A stretch of 63,645 bases of DNA, filler included, from Choristocarpus tenellus KU-1152 (Eukaryota > Protista > Phaeophyceae): NCBI GenBank assembly GCA_964200185.2. It is 9 parts of 9 records of this genome, joined end to end, with 100 filler letters (N's around TTAATTAATTAA, not from the genome) between each part and the next. Parts side by side here need not be neighbours in the genome. Positions count along the whole stretch, not along the records: positions 23,056 to 28,176 come from CAXNAD020011805.1; positions 28,277 to 31,314 come from CAXNAD020022767.1; positions 31,415 to 35,178 come from CAXNAD020018069.1; positions 35,279 to 39,397 come from CAXNAD020016121.1; positions 39,498 to 57,574 come from CAXNAD020000580.1; 4 more parts are not named here. The stretch is one strand, 5' to 3'. Shown one piece after another: positions 26,989 through 40,640 of the stretch; the stretch's first letter is position 1, and every line of letters begins with the position of its first letter. Below the pieces are notes generated by a model. The model made no database searches. It was not told where the DNA came from and was given only the letters and a program-made list of their open reading frames with translations. The translations under genes and the position numbers were made by a program.

Positions 26989-28176
26989 CTACCTCTGTGT
27001 CATGCGTTTGTGCCACGAAACATCTGGGCTCGCCGAGCGAGAACGGCGTCGAATCGGACGATACCTCACAGAATGAAATCTGGTTGACAATCTCAGCTTT
27101 CAGAAAAGATAGGGGTCGAGAATCATCAGGTACAAACTCGAGGTGCTTCAAGTCGTCAAAGTAGGGGTCTTTTAGGGCGATCTTGAGGCCAGAACTGGGC
27201 ACGTCGAAGGTCAGAACGTCAACATAGCAACCCCCTTGTCAACCTCCCCATGTAGGAAAGGTACCCAAGTGTCCCTGAATACCAGGGTTGCATTTGCAGT
27301 GCCGCACGCCCTCACGATGGTCCCTGGTGAGCAGAAACTGCCACGACTCGCTGGGTCAGCCCTTGTAGCGGAGTTTGGAGTGTCCAAGCGTTACATGCGA
27401 GGGCTCTGAGAGATGTTGCCAATCAGCTCACCCGTGGCCACATGCTTGACCTAGGGGTAGCGGCACGTAGTAGGCGGCCTTCAGAGCTCACACCGACCAA
27501 GATGGTCGCAATACATAGTATCAATTCCGATAATCGGTCATCCACAGTGCGTCAGGTGACAATGAAGATGGTCGCCAAGGGGCTGAATTATAGCACGAGC
27601 ACCACAAACAGATGGTTGGATGATATGGGGACCATGCTGAATCGCTGCTGGGTCAAACCCAAGCTTAAATTGTGGTAAAATGTATGAAGAATGGTCTTTG
27701 TGATCAAGTGGACCGGAAATGTGGTGTGTACGCCTCCATGGCGAACATGATTCATGTGTGGGTGAAACCTGGTTTTACGTGATGGCTGATGGGGAAAGGT
27801 TTAGGGTATTTCCGCATGAGGATGATAGCGACCTTCCAGGGTCCCCTACCGTGCAGCACAAGAGTCATATCCCCAAACCATGATCATTGCAGCCAACTCC
27901 GGCCCAGATTCGGCTCACAGCTTTGATGGAAAGCTTGATGTTTGGCGTGTGTGTGTGCCAAAAACGGTAGACAGGACAAGCAAGAACCACAAAAGGGGGC
28001 TGTATGTATGAGCAGGACTGTACTTTAGACCATTTGTGGTACAGGAAGTGGTACACGGAGGAGTTACTGCCTGAAATCAAGACCAAGATGCCTTGGTTGC
28101 AGGGGAAGCATGTTGTCATTCAGCAAGACGGTGCCACCCCCCACACAGGCAAGGGCAACTCAGAAATCTTGTCAGG
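26989..28176 (+). mobile_element. Mariner (plant/oomycete DD39D-type) transposon, 5' part, truncated by contig end; pseudogene
   Basis: TA + ctacctctgtgtcat TIR; VKPKL, QHKSHIPK, QQDGATPH; collinear with 55781-57518. Confidence 0.93.
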
Positions 28177-28276
28177 NNNNNNNNNNNNNNNNNNNNNNNN
28201 NNNNNNNNNNNNNNNNNNNNTTAATTAATTAANNNNNNNNNNNNNNNNNNNNNNNNNNNNNNNNNNNNNNNNNNNN

Positions 28277-28830
28277 GTGAACAAACGGAAAACTCACCGT
28301 GCGATCGTTTCTTGCGTGATCTTGTCCCATGCTGCGCGCCCGAGTTCAATGGCGTCCAGTACATGCGGCTGGTGGCCCTGCGCCAACCCCAACGTACCCA
28401 TTCTCAAGCATTACTGCCCCTCACACAAACGTTTGCAGTCATCGTTGAGTTCGAGATCCTTTACACCACATATATACCATGGAGGTACCAACCGCACTTA
28501 CGGCACTCGTGGATTGTGTAGAAAGGCGGACCCGGTGTATTTGAAGGCATCTTACAGAGGTTTCCCGCGGCACAAGGCATGGCTCCACTTTATTCCCCTA
28601 CCAGCAACGTACTATACTGCTGTGTAGTCATGACTCGAGAAGAAAGGGACTTTTGGCGAGAATTTTTTACGCGCGCGCCAAACTCGCGTGAATATATCCC
28701 CGATTTTGTGCCAAGTCGCCCGAATACGAGAATTCCGGTACAAAATCCTATTTATTGAGTATGTCGAAAAAAAGCGGTACAAAATGGGGTTTAGTACATA
28801 ATATTTGGCATAAAATCGGGGTAGGTACTG
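28277..28830 (-). mobile_element. Internally deleted pogo/Tigger-like (DDE_1) element
   Basis: Minus strand begins TA-CAGTAcctaccccgatttt (pogo-type end); translation includes HECRKCGWYLHG and QGHQPHVLDAIELGRAAWDKITQETIAR followed by a GTGAGT donor, resembling DDE_1 C-termini. Confidence 0.55.
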
Positions 28831-29414
28831 TATTTAGAAATATGACACTGTATCTTAAGTATATCTTCTACATTTACACAACTTTGAAAAAGCATAGTGG
28901 AATATAATTTATACATCCGCACAACTTTGAACAAGAATGATGGCGCTTGACCTATATACATCAACACAACTTTCAACAAGAACAATGCAATATGATTCTA
29001 TGTGATGTATATCTTTTATAGTGTTGAAACTATTGTCGTCCATCAACTTTGTCGTTCGATAACTTCTGATCAAAACATTTTTTTCTTCAAACTTCGTTTG
29101 TTGAAATCGCATAACCATGCTGAACCTTTTTTGATAGACCTCGATTGGTGATCTTGCAGTAATTGAGAGAAATACAGAACAATACTTAAATCCAGTAGTA
29201 TCTGCGCGCTGTTCGCGCGGTCTGTTTCTCAACCCGCGCCGAAGCATTCAAGGACGAATTTGACGTCACAAGAGACCATCTTCACCCAGAGAACATGCGC
29301 GTTGTTGTCTCTCCATTATCTTTCCATTATTTCCCGTTTATGCGATGTTGTCACCGGCTGACTAAGGCACTCTCATGGGAACCCTGTCCTCTGAAGCAGT
29401 AATTCCATGCCAAG

Positions 29415-30054
29415 TTAAATGAGGTATTCTAAAGGTGCAGGTCTCCTGTGAGGCTTCAATGTCTTGTACACCCTGTCCAATTTGGTGCACTCCATGCCTT
29501 TCTCGTTGGAGTACATCAGGTGGTAAGCAATACTCATCCTGAAGAAACTCCCCATAATTTCTCTGGATAGCCTCCCTTCCTCCTTAAGACTGACAGGAAT
29601 GTTGGCTCTCATTCCACGCAATGTGTTGTCACAATGGCCTCGTACATAGGGCTTCGCTCGCGCCCAGACCAGCTCTATCGAGTTCAAATCACAGTAGTGC
29701 TTTGGAAGCATCAAGCAGTGTCCTCCAAGACGCTCAAACTATAATCTTAAGGCTCGGTTCTACCACCTTGAAATCCAGCTGCTCCCCAAGAACGTACGCC
29801 ATGCTCATGCTCGTGTTCCTGTCCTTGCCCCCGTCCTTGGTCATCCCTGGGATAAACAAATATCTCTCTTACAAAATCTGTCTGATCCCCATAACCTGTC
29901 CAACATACTCCCCCTTCTCGCCTCGTGGATGACCGGAAATGCTCAGCCGATATCCCTTGCCTCTGGCCTCCTGGCGGCGCTGGACGAACTCAAGTCCATC
30001 AGGGAGTGACCACACTACAACCTCAACGTCGTCAGGTGACAACTCGGAGATCAT
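29415..30054 (-). mobile_element. IS630/Tc1-superfamily DDE transposase remnant (C-terminal)
   Basis: GIRQIL*ER and LPKHYCDLNSIELVWARAKPYVRGHCD (cf. LPKFHCELNPIERVW); stop and frameshift present. Confidence 0.85.
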
Positions 30055-30155
30055 TGGGGGTCACAGTGTCCTGTGAGGGACTTAAACAGTATTAAGCTGA
30101 AACACGCCGCTTACTTATCGTTTCGTGGGTTGCCAATCTTGATTTTTTAGATAAG

Positions 30156-30420
30156 GTTGCCAAACGATTTTATCGACGATCAGTATACCGAATGAACGCT
30201 CTTGATCTACACTATCGATTTCCGCAATCACATTCTTGGGAACAAATAGTCTGGGTCGTGATAATATATTCCGAAACATTTCGAAGGTTGTGCCGAAAAC
30301 AATCGGTTCAAATTTGACATTACCAAAGTAATTTTGCCCACATTATCTTTGCGGATATCGATCGCATAGATCAAGAGCTTTCACTCGATATACTGATCGT
30401 CCATTAACTCGTGTGGCAAA
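30156..30420. mobile_element. Foldback/MITE-like element with ~70-bp imperfect inverted arms
   Basis: gttgccaaacga..gacgatcagtata..ctcttgatcta..tccgcaa (30156-30229) is the reverse complement of 30349-30420. Confidence 0.75.
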
Positions 30421-30429
30421 CGTTTCAAA

Positions 30430-31314
30430 ATAGTGGAAAATAGGACAATAGTGAGGTGTACCATATTTTGTCCATGTGAGATCGTTGCGTTGAATTGATT
30501 CCGAATGATGTCACTAAGAGATAGTACATCTGAACAATCTATATATAGTTCTGATTTATCTATGGAGTTGAATATCATAAGTCAAACTGTTCTGATGGAA
30601 ATAATAACAAGGAGACAAGCAATAGAAGACACCCACAAAGGTCACTCTTCTAATTTCATCCATCCTTCTCACGTTCAGCAAAGAAGATCGTGTGTGAGGT
30701 CCCACACCTTCTTGTCTTTACTGCTGAAAAATAGTAATACCTTCCAAGGTAAGTTGCACAGGTTATGAGCCTTAGCACTACTAAAGAAACGAGCTGTTGG
30801 TCTGAACAATTTATGGAGTGACATCATTTTGACTCGATTCAACGCAATAATATCACATGCACAAAATAAGGTACACCTCCTGTTAAAACATAGGCTAGTC
30901 ATCTGTTTGTTCCTTGATACGATACAGTTCCACCAGTCAACACTGACTGTTGATTGTTCTGTTACGTTCTGGACGTTACTTGCACTAGTTCGTCATCACC
31001 ACATCAACTATAATCATAACACATTAGTACTGAACAGTCGCTCTGCATTACACACAAATAGTATAGTATAATGTACGTCACTTTAGTTGCATCACATTTT
31101 GTTTCAATTTTGTTCAGTTGTTCAGTAGTTTGTTTTTTCTTTCACTCTTTCTCCTGATCCGCAGAAGATGACAGTTGTACATTGATAGTTTATTATTTCT
31201 TTCGTGACTGCTATTGATCTCTCAAATTGCATCAACGCCACTCTGCAAACTGTGTAATCAAAAACACACATGGATGTAATATAATCAGAGTTAAAACCAT
31301 CCGCGGAAACCCTT
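30430..31314 (+). mobile_element. Degenerate copia-like RT/RNase H remnant
   Basis: DNA similarity to 37000-37830 (-) and 22690-22955; only faint copia-like residues survive. Confidence 0.55.
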
Positions 31315-31722
31315 NNNNNNNNNNNNNNNNNNNNNNNNNNNNNNNNNNNNNNNNNNNNTTAATTAATTAANNNNNNNNNNNNNNNNNNNNNNNNNNNNNN
31401 NNNNNNNNNNNNNNGGTGTGGGGGGGGGGAGGGGGAGGGGAGGGTATGGTTCAGAAGGAAAAAGAAAAGTCCGCTGGGGGCTAAATAGGCACAGGAGGGA
31501 CAGGAGGGAAAGATTGAAGCGATATAATCAAAATGCAGTGCACTTTTAATAGGCAGTACTCTCACACTTCTTTTGACACTAGTGACAGGAAGAAAAGAGC
31601 AAAGTATCAAAAACGAGAGGCACCTTAAAATAAAGTACTCCTTGTGAACGGGCATATACCCCCCACAATTTGTATACTCTAATGCCTTCCACCTCTGACC
31701 TTCACACCCCAACCCAAAGCTA

Positions 31723-33122
<1,400 letters not shown>

Positions 33123-33737
33123 AGTACCACCGCAAGCTGGGCGTCAGCCCCGGACTGAAGCGTAGGGTGGAAGAGTGTAGCAAACTTTGAGAACATGTAG
33201 AGAACAGTTCAAGAATTATTATGGGAGCGCGATCCACTTGATGCTTTGCGGGAGCAGATCAGACAAGGATGAGAGAAAAAAACGCTTAGACACAATGAGC
33301 AGGTCTACATGTGTTCAGCGCGTGAGCCCACAGACATGGCGTGCAACCAAGTCCAAATTGCGGTCGAAACCGCTTCTCTTTCCCCCAACTCACCACACAC
33401 TAACGCAAAAGTTGCCGCGGTTCCGTATTCAAGTGCTAGTCGACAATGAACTCTGTCGAAGGATATCCTGGTTTGTTCTGGTAGCTAAACCACCTATTTG
33501 CCCTTTCTATCAGCAACGAACAAAGAACGACGTTGATGCTGGTCCTTGTCCTGTTCCCACCCTCACTCTTTATATAAAGCCTCCCATTTCTGTCAAACCC
33601 TTTTGAATCAAAGAAGTTAGAAGGAAAACGTTTTTAGAAAAACCAAATTACAAGTTTATAATTTATTCCCAAATTTATGATCGAAACCCTACATAAATTA
33701 TATAATTTTCTTCCATGCAGTAGGACAGGTGAAGGAG
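33123..33737. promoter_or_regulatory. Putative bidirectional promoter / 5' UTR region between Rab8 and PCS
   Basis: Divergent ATGs 615 nt apart; locally CpG-rich. Confidence 0.55.
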
Positions 33738-34829
33738 ATGGGAAGGGTCACCAAACTCCTAGGGATACTGTTGAGGATGTCCATGGTGGTCAAAGCATTG
33801 CAACCAACCTTCCCTTGTCTTCAGCGAAATCGAGTTGTTGGTGATCAGATGGAGTCTGGCACACGACGATGTACAGCTCCTCCCAGCAGTGAACACCAGC
33901 CACAACCTGAAGTCGCACGCCCAGTGTCATTCTATCGACGCCCCCTACCACCGCCATCTGTAGCTTTCAGGTAGTCAACGAAAACAATGGTTATGAAAGA
34001 GGTATCTCAGTTACATGGCCTAGGCAATAGGTGTGATCCCACGGTCCAACCTCAGTAAGCAGTGTGATTTTGGAATTCAGGCTGTATTGGGCTGACTAAC
34101 TTGCAGGGAGCCTTAGGGTCAGACCGTAGAATATATCGAACCCTCTCTGGAAGAATTCCAACCGTCGATAATATTGTCCTGCGTGCGTCTACCTCTAAGC
34201 TCCGTTGAGGGGAGGACTATCTTTCGAGAGGCTTTGACAGAAGGATATATGGAGGGATACTTTCAGTTAGCAGAACAGTTCCGCACACAGGATGATCCCA
34301 CCTTTTGCGGTCTGTCAACTCTGACAATGGTGCTGAATGCTCTCGCTGTTGACCCAGGGAGGACTTGGAAAGGTGAGTTTTGTTTCAAGCGCCAGAGCAC
34401 GTCTACTCCGTTTTGTGACGTCACAATAATATGGCGCGATGTATACAGTGCGATTCTGGACCTCGAGAGTGTCTCGTAAGAGACAGTCATGGTTTTGCAC
34501 GAGATTGGGAAATGTTCTCGGTGAGGCGACTGTCGTGTCTAAAAAAAGTAGGGGAAATGTTCTGCCTCTCTCATGACTATGGTACACCATGGTGTGACTC
34601 CATGGGAATGTTTGGCTGGCAAGTAGAGTCGACAAGTGTGCTGATGAAAGTATGGTAAGCACTAGACCCAGAAGTGATAAGGTAAATTATATTGAGGCTA
34701 TTGTACTCACCCAGTGTCTTCGCAATATGTGGGTGCCTGTCAGGACCATGGAGATGGTATCACGAGTCAATGTTGGATTGTTGTGCGCCTTTGGATGTGG
34801 TCCGCAAAAAGGGAATGAGCTTCCAGACT
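33738..34829 (+). CDS. PCS: Phytochelatin synthase, 3'-partial. Exons 33738-33970, 34200-34372, 34744-34829
   Basis: [62 protein letters not shown]; catalytic Cys present; phases compatible. Start codon inferred. Confidence 0.95.
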
Positions 34830-35082
34830 GTAAGTATATTTGCATCCCTGCCATGTGCCAAGTATTCCTTTGTCTTGATCTTCGTGTGCTGCAAGATTGT
34901 GCCTACAAGACGTTCTGGAGGACTTTCTCGAAGTGTATCTTGTTCAAGTGAAACTTTGTCCACCCAGGTGTTGATAACATTTGCACGACCTGGAGTGAGG
35001 CATGTGCTGAAAATGTTTGATATAAGGCCCATCTTTAGCTAGGACAATCTGGTGTATTAGTCGTCATTGTCCTCAGTCCCTT

Positions 35083-35116
<34 letters not shown>

Positions 35117-35754
35117 CCACCAAAATTACTTCCCTCCCCCCCCCCCCCCCCCCCCACCCCTCCTCTTTTTTTTTTTCTNNNNNNNNNNNNNNNNNNNNNN
35201 NNNNNNNNNNNNNNNNNNNNNNTTAATTAATTAANNNNNNNNNNNNNNNNNNNNNNNNNNNNNNNNNNNNNNNNNNNNTTGCGTCTGTCGTATTCCAGGG
35301 TTTTCCGGACGTGCCCGCGTGGGTGGTGACCCCCCCCCCCCCCCCCCAGATAATTTGGGTCAGAATGTGTACGACTATGAAAGGTGTGTCTGGAGCAAGG
35401 ATATTAACACTTGCCAACAAACACAATAGCCAAAATTAATCAAAATCGGAACATTGGATTTATGATCCCGAATGGACGTGGCCCTACCCTCTAAAATGCT
35501 TTGACTCTAATTACTGCGATTACTTTCAATAAGTGCATCGTACTATACCTACCCTTACACTACTCCCCGATCATGTGGTCTTCGTAGCACATGGCATACA
35601 TTGATATCACTGGAAAGGCAAACACAGTATGTCTATCCTTCTTGTAGTCAGTTAAAGTTTGTCTCCAACCCCAAGTAAAAGAAATGACCATAGCGATTTT
35701 TCACAGGCTGAAGATCCAGCCTCCAATCCTCACTCTGGCATGTGGCTGGCCTGT

Positions 35755-36310
35755 TGATGTGCACTGGGGAGCTAGGCCTTCTCCAGGAGCACCTCTAGAT
35801 TTGGGGAACACCAAGTGGAATATTTCTCATTTCATTTTCGAACCATTTTCCTATCCATTCTGACGTCATTGCAAACCATTTCGCATCATTTCCCAACCAT
35901 TTTGACGCGTTTTTTGGGACGTTTTTGAGACAATTTTCTCGTCATTTTAGCGGTGTTTCTTGAACTTTTGGTCATGTTTTTGTGTATATTTTCGGGCATG
36001 ATCAGACCACTCTGTACCCATGTTTTTGGTAAGGGTTAGGATTAGGTTAGGATTAGGGTTAGGGTTAGGTTTTCAAGAATGCTTACGAAGAAGTGAAAAA
36101 AATGTTACATTGGATAGTGGGGGTTCCCGAAGACAGGGGATCTTCCCTATGCACTGCAACATCCCCAAAAACGCATCAAATGATTCGAAAACACAGCAAA
36201 ATCACTCTGCAATGACGTCAAAATGGTTCGGAGATGAGAAATATTTCACGTGATGTTCCCCAACCCTGGGGATACTCCTGAAGGCCTAGCTAGCTCCCCA
36301 GTGCACATCA
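35755..36310. mobile_element. Foldback MITE with central (TTAGGG)n-like tract
   Basis: tgatgtgcactggggagctag ... ctagctccccagtgcacatca with long imperfect arms; ggtaagggttaggattaggttaggattagggttagggttagg at ~36028-36069. Confidence 0.85.
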
Positions 36311-36999
36311 CCCTCACCACTAATTCAGATGTGTCATTAGCATGTAGTAGTTGTGCAGATGTTAGGTTTGCGCTCGTTTGACAGAGTATAGTGGCAGTTT
36401 GGAACGCTCTGTCATAGGCCACTCTGATAGAGTCAAATCATTTAAGAGGGTAGGGCCGCGTTTGCTTCGGGTCCAAAATCCAATGTTGCATTTTATAATG
36501 AAATTTTGGCTATCGTGTTTGTTAGGAAGTGTCAATATCTTTGTCCCATACACACCTTTCATAGTCGCATACATTATAGGTAACTGCGTTCACATAGAGA
36601 ACCGAAGAAGTGGTAGGAAAATCTCCTTCGTGATTAGAGAACCTTTAACAAGTAACGATGTTTTATAAATATTACAACTATCCATAGACTGCTATTTGTG
36701 TCGGTATGGAAGAAGAGATAAGAGATGGGAGCCTCACACGATCCCCCTTTGCTGAATGTGATCACATCGTTGAAAATAGAGGAGTGACATCACTATAGAT
36801 GATGGGGCTTGGTTTAGCACCTGTTGCTTCTAGAATAATCACTAACCCTGAACGCTTACAATGCTTCAAGAAAGCTCCATCAAGATGTAGAAAAACGTCT
36901 CGAACATGTGGAAATGAAACGCAGAATTGATTCTCTATAGATGTCCTGCTAAGATACGAACCATGGTCCCGAATGCTTTCGGTTACATATTACTGTAGT

Positions 37000-37830
37000 T
37001 CATGTCATATTCTGCACACTCCCCCCCATGAGAGTGGAAGTAGAAGAACACAGATTGCTTCAACTGTCACACAGTACATTAATCTAATCGATGCAGTGCC
37101 TATGAAGTCTTCTATCTGCTTCTTGTCTTGTTCCTCGTACTCGGTCATGTTGAAAACTGAATCGAATGACGCGTGCTCTTGTGTGCAATGGTAGATTGTG
37201 ATGCGAAGAGGTGTCATAGTGCCGCAAAGCACCAGTGAATTGGTTCTGTTGTGACTGAAGTCATGACTTGCTCAGTTAGAAGATGGATGATGTGTATTAG
37301 ATGTTCTTCCTTGATGCACTCAAAGGAAGAAATGCATGTTCTAAGAAGAAGCTTGTTACCTTGACGGGCAAGGATTTCTTTGGATATTTTAACTCTGAAT
37401 ATATGACATCCACGTGTGCATCACGTTGTGTACTTAACGCAGAGTGATTTTGGTGTCTTATGAGGGGGTAATGTCAACCAATAAGAAATAATAACCAACG
37501 ATTGAGGTACAACTGGCGTCTTCTCCTGCTAAGAAGAAGAACGAGAGAAAACAAACAACAACAAAATAACGGCTTGAACTTGAATCAACATCTGATGTAA
37601 CCGTAGTGACGCATGCTATGCCTGTGTGTGTGATGGGGAGCGACTGTTCTGTACTTTGGTGTTCTGAAGGTAATTGATGTTGTGATGATGAGCTAGTGCA
37701 AGTAACAACCAGTGCGTACCGAATCAATCAACAATCAGTATTGACTGGTCCTACTGTATCGTATCAAGAAAAAACAAGTGAGTAGGCTATGTTCTAGAGA
37801 GATGTCCTGTGAGACAAATAAGGCCATGGT
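37000..37830 (-). mobile_element. Degenerate copia-like 3' region with polypurine tract and probable LTR start
   Basis: Ends in tcatgGGGGGGAG-TGTGCAGAATA; the same junction occurs at ~38912-38933 (+); homologous to 30880-31314. Confidence 0.6.
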
Positions 37831-38479
37831 GCGCTCCTCTACTTCGAAGCTTACACAACCCCATGTTAAAGAATGTGTAGAATCCCAAGTCTTGATGTTG
37901 AAATATGTAGATTAATTTCCTCTCAGTTATGTTATAGTAGGTAGAAAGTTAGAGTGAGAAACACACCATCCAAGGGGGGTGCGTGATAAACATTTCGCTC
38001 ATCCCATATCACTAATAACTCGTCACTCAATCTGTGTTACTTGCTACAACATTCCTTTTCTAGGATTCTTCTTGCTGTATGTGCTACAATAACCTAGATA
38101 ATATATTATCGTAGTCACCCAACAAAGGCATTACCATAAACTATTTCCTTATCCAACAATAGTTCAACTCATTATTCCTCTCCTACATAATCTTTTACAC
38201 ATGATTAAAAGGTATGTCCTTGACAGCCGAAGCGACTAACTTGCCTTCCTGAGGAAGCCACATGTGCTAGTGTAGTGATGTGCGGTCGTGTCCCAATAGC
38301 AGTCCCCTCTTGGCATAGGGGGAACTTCAATTAAACTCCCCGCTGCTGTTTTGCTTGCTGTACGTAGCACTCACTCCCCCAGACTCTTAGCCTGTGATGG
38401 TTGAATGGCATTCCTGTGAGTCACTCGCAAGGTGTCTCCCCACCCAGGTACTCGTTTGGCACCCCTCCAGTGTTGAATG

Positions 38480-38850
38480 CCGTGTTCGTTATGGAAAAGA
38501 ACCAGAAATCTTCGCCCAGTACCTCTCTTTCACCAGTTGGCTCCTTGCAGCCTCAATTTGTTGCTTGATGGACCATTCCATGATCCCATTGCTCTTTGTT
38601 CTTCCATTGAACCCAATAATTGCCCCTACCTGTATTGTGCCTCGGATATCCCCATACCACGTCATAGCCCCTTGTGGTACACCAAGCCCCACAGGACTCC
38701 TTTGATAATAGTTGCATGTCTCACCCCTTACACCATTGCTGCCTACTCTGCTTCTAAGTCAGATGCGGTTACTGTTCCTTGCAGTTTCTACTTCCACACG
38801 ATCGGCGTTCCATTGAACAAGAGTAGGTATCCTGTGATACAATTACAACA
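38480..38850 (-). mobile_element. Ty1/copia RNase H remnant
   Basis: ITGYLLLFNGTPIVWK, VTASDLEAE*AAM, LGVPQ..WYGD..GTI..GFNGRTK. Confidence 0.85.
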
Positions 38851-39497
38851 CGCCCCAGAAGCTTACCTCCGCAGGATATATATAGCTCCAATCTCCTCAG
38901 ACCTATAACCCTCATGGGGGAGTGTGCAGAATACTATATGAATTACAGTAATTATGTAGACCCATACCATTTAACACAGTTTTGCCCTCTCTGTCTGTTC
39001 GGGGCTTGGCTTCCCACGGGTTTCTTTTTCTCTTTTTCGGTTTTCTGTGTGAACACAGTTACCTAAGACGTATACGACCATGAAGGTATGTCTGGAGCAA
39101 GGATATTGACACTTCCCTAACAAACATGATATGCTGTCGTCTTGGTTTTATTATAACCATACACTTTACACAACTTAGCCAGGAAGATATTATCAAATTC
39201 TTGCCTTGGTCAGAGTGGAGTGTTTCAAGAGGACCAAAAATGGAAAAAAGATGATCAACAAGAGCTTTTGTGCTATTTACATTGGAAGGTTTTTCTTTTT
39301 ATCAGTAGCGAAGACAAGACGGTGTGGAGGCTCAAAGTATCTGGGAGGGGGTGGCGGCTGTCCATTTGGGGTCAATTTTTCTTGTCGCGATTTTTGGNNN
39401 NNNNNNNNNNNNNNNNNNNNNNNNNNNNNNNNNNNNNNNNNTTAATTAATTAANNNNNNNNNNNNNNNNNNNNNNNNNNNNNNNNNNNNNNNNNNNN

Positions 39498-39755
39498 GGG
39501 GAATGACTTCAGTGTGGAGCACACAGGGGTAAGGAAGAGGCAGTTGTCTGGTGAGCCTCAAAACACCCCAAAGGTAGACATGGAGGCTTTTTCTGTGGCT
39601 GATAAGATTGTCATAGATGGAGAGTAATACTAATAAAAAGAGCTGACCCTAACCTGAAATTTGTCAAGGATTCCAAATCTTCTTTCAGAAATAAATTGTA
39701 TCAATATCTTTAACAGTTATGGACAATGCAGCACAGACTTATGGCACGGAGGTAG
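39498..39755 (+). mobile_element. 3' end of the DD39D-type mariner family
   Basis: Reverse-complement match to 55781-56050; ends ..gcagcacagacttatggcacggaggtag-TA. Confidence 0.93.
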
Positions 39756-40317
39756 TAGAACAATGGCAGACAAGTCACATTATGCAGTAAAGGATACCGT
39801 AGCTTTGGAACCTCTCCAGTCCCATTAACCCCATCAATTTCACACCCGTTCTCTAACCCAGAAACTAAATTCAATGGTGTATATATATATTGAGTGTTTC
39901 TAATCATTGTAGTGTCCAGATTTTGTTTATCATGAGAATGAAGGAGTTTTTTGCAGGTAGTCAAAACAAGTGTAGTTCTAACATATCCAGTCTCTCAGTT
40001 GTATGCCTCCAATGAAGGCCGCCACCGATTTCTGAACACTGCTTCTGTGTGCTGTATGTGTTTATCATCCCATAATCGTTGACTCCTGTGATATATATGA
40101 ATTTGGTGACCGCTTTCTCCATTTGAGCTACTTGTAAATACTTTTTAGATACTATTTTCATATACCCTGCAGTGAATAAACCAAATATGTAGTATATTGA
40201 TCTTACACCAAATTCTTCACCGCTTGATTGCATTGAATATTGCAAACATGCCCCATACTACAGGCTATTTGCATCTTGCATAATTCCTTGTAAGCAATTC
40301 CACCCCCCTCTCTGCAG

Positions 40318-40640
40318 CAGTCAGCGCAGGTGAGCAAAGTAACCCCACAGCATTCCCCCCCAATTCTCACCCACCTACCCCTTACCTCCACCAGCTGGAT
40401 GGTCCAGATGTTGGGCGAGTGATGGCAGGCCTGGAGGAGATGCTCACTGCCAAGAATGCCTCAATCAGGGACCTGCAATACTCCTTTATGAGAGCGGCCA
40501 AGGGATACAACGATTCTCTCCGTACCTACAAATCCAAATTGATTGGGTGCGGTGTACCCCCTGCAGATGTTGAGGCAATGGGATTTGCTCCGGTCACTAC
40601 CGCCACTTCTCTTGGACCTGCAGGGCTTGTTGTTCGATGA
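40318..40640 (+). CDS. GAS8: GAS8/DRC4 (nexin-dynein regulatory complex subunit 4): terminal exon 40395-40640 plus probable microexon 40318-40329
   Basis: LD..LEEMLTAKNASIRDLQY..KGYNDSLRTYKSKL..G..GF.P..GPAGLV* matches the conserved GAS8 C-terminus (KN.TIKDLQY..KAHND..RTYEAKL..GPAGLV); ccag acceptor. Confidence 0.9.

Noticed and set aside
28830-30100. Fanzor/TnpB cargo next to Tc1/mariner elements
   Set aside because: No RuvC DPG, E..TS..C or RD.N motifs seen in the ORF track here or elsewhere
35082-35160. Long poly-C/poly-G runs at contig ends (also ~57530-57556 and ~60598-60617) as G-quadruplex elements
   Set aside because: Terminal position suggests sequencing or assembly artefact; lengths are unreliable
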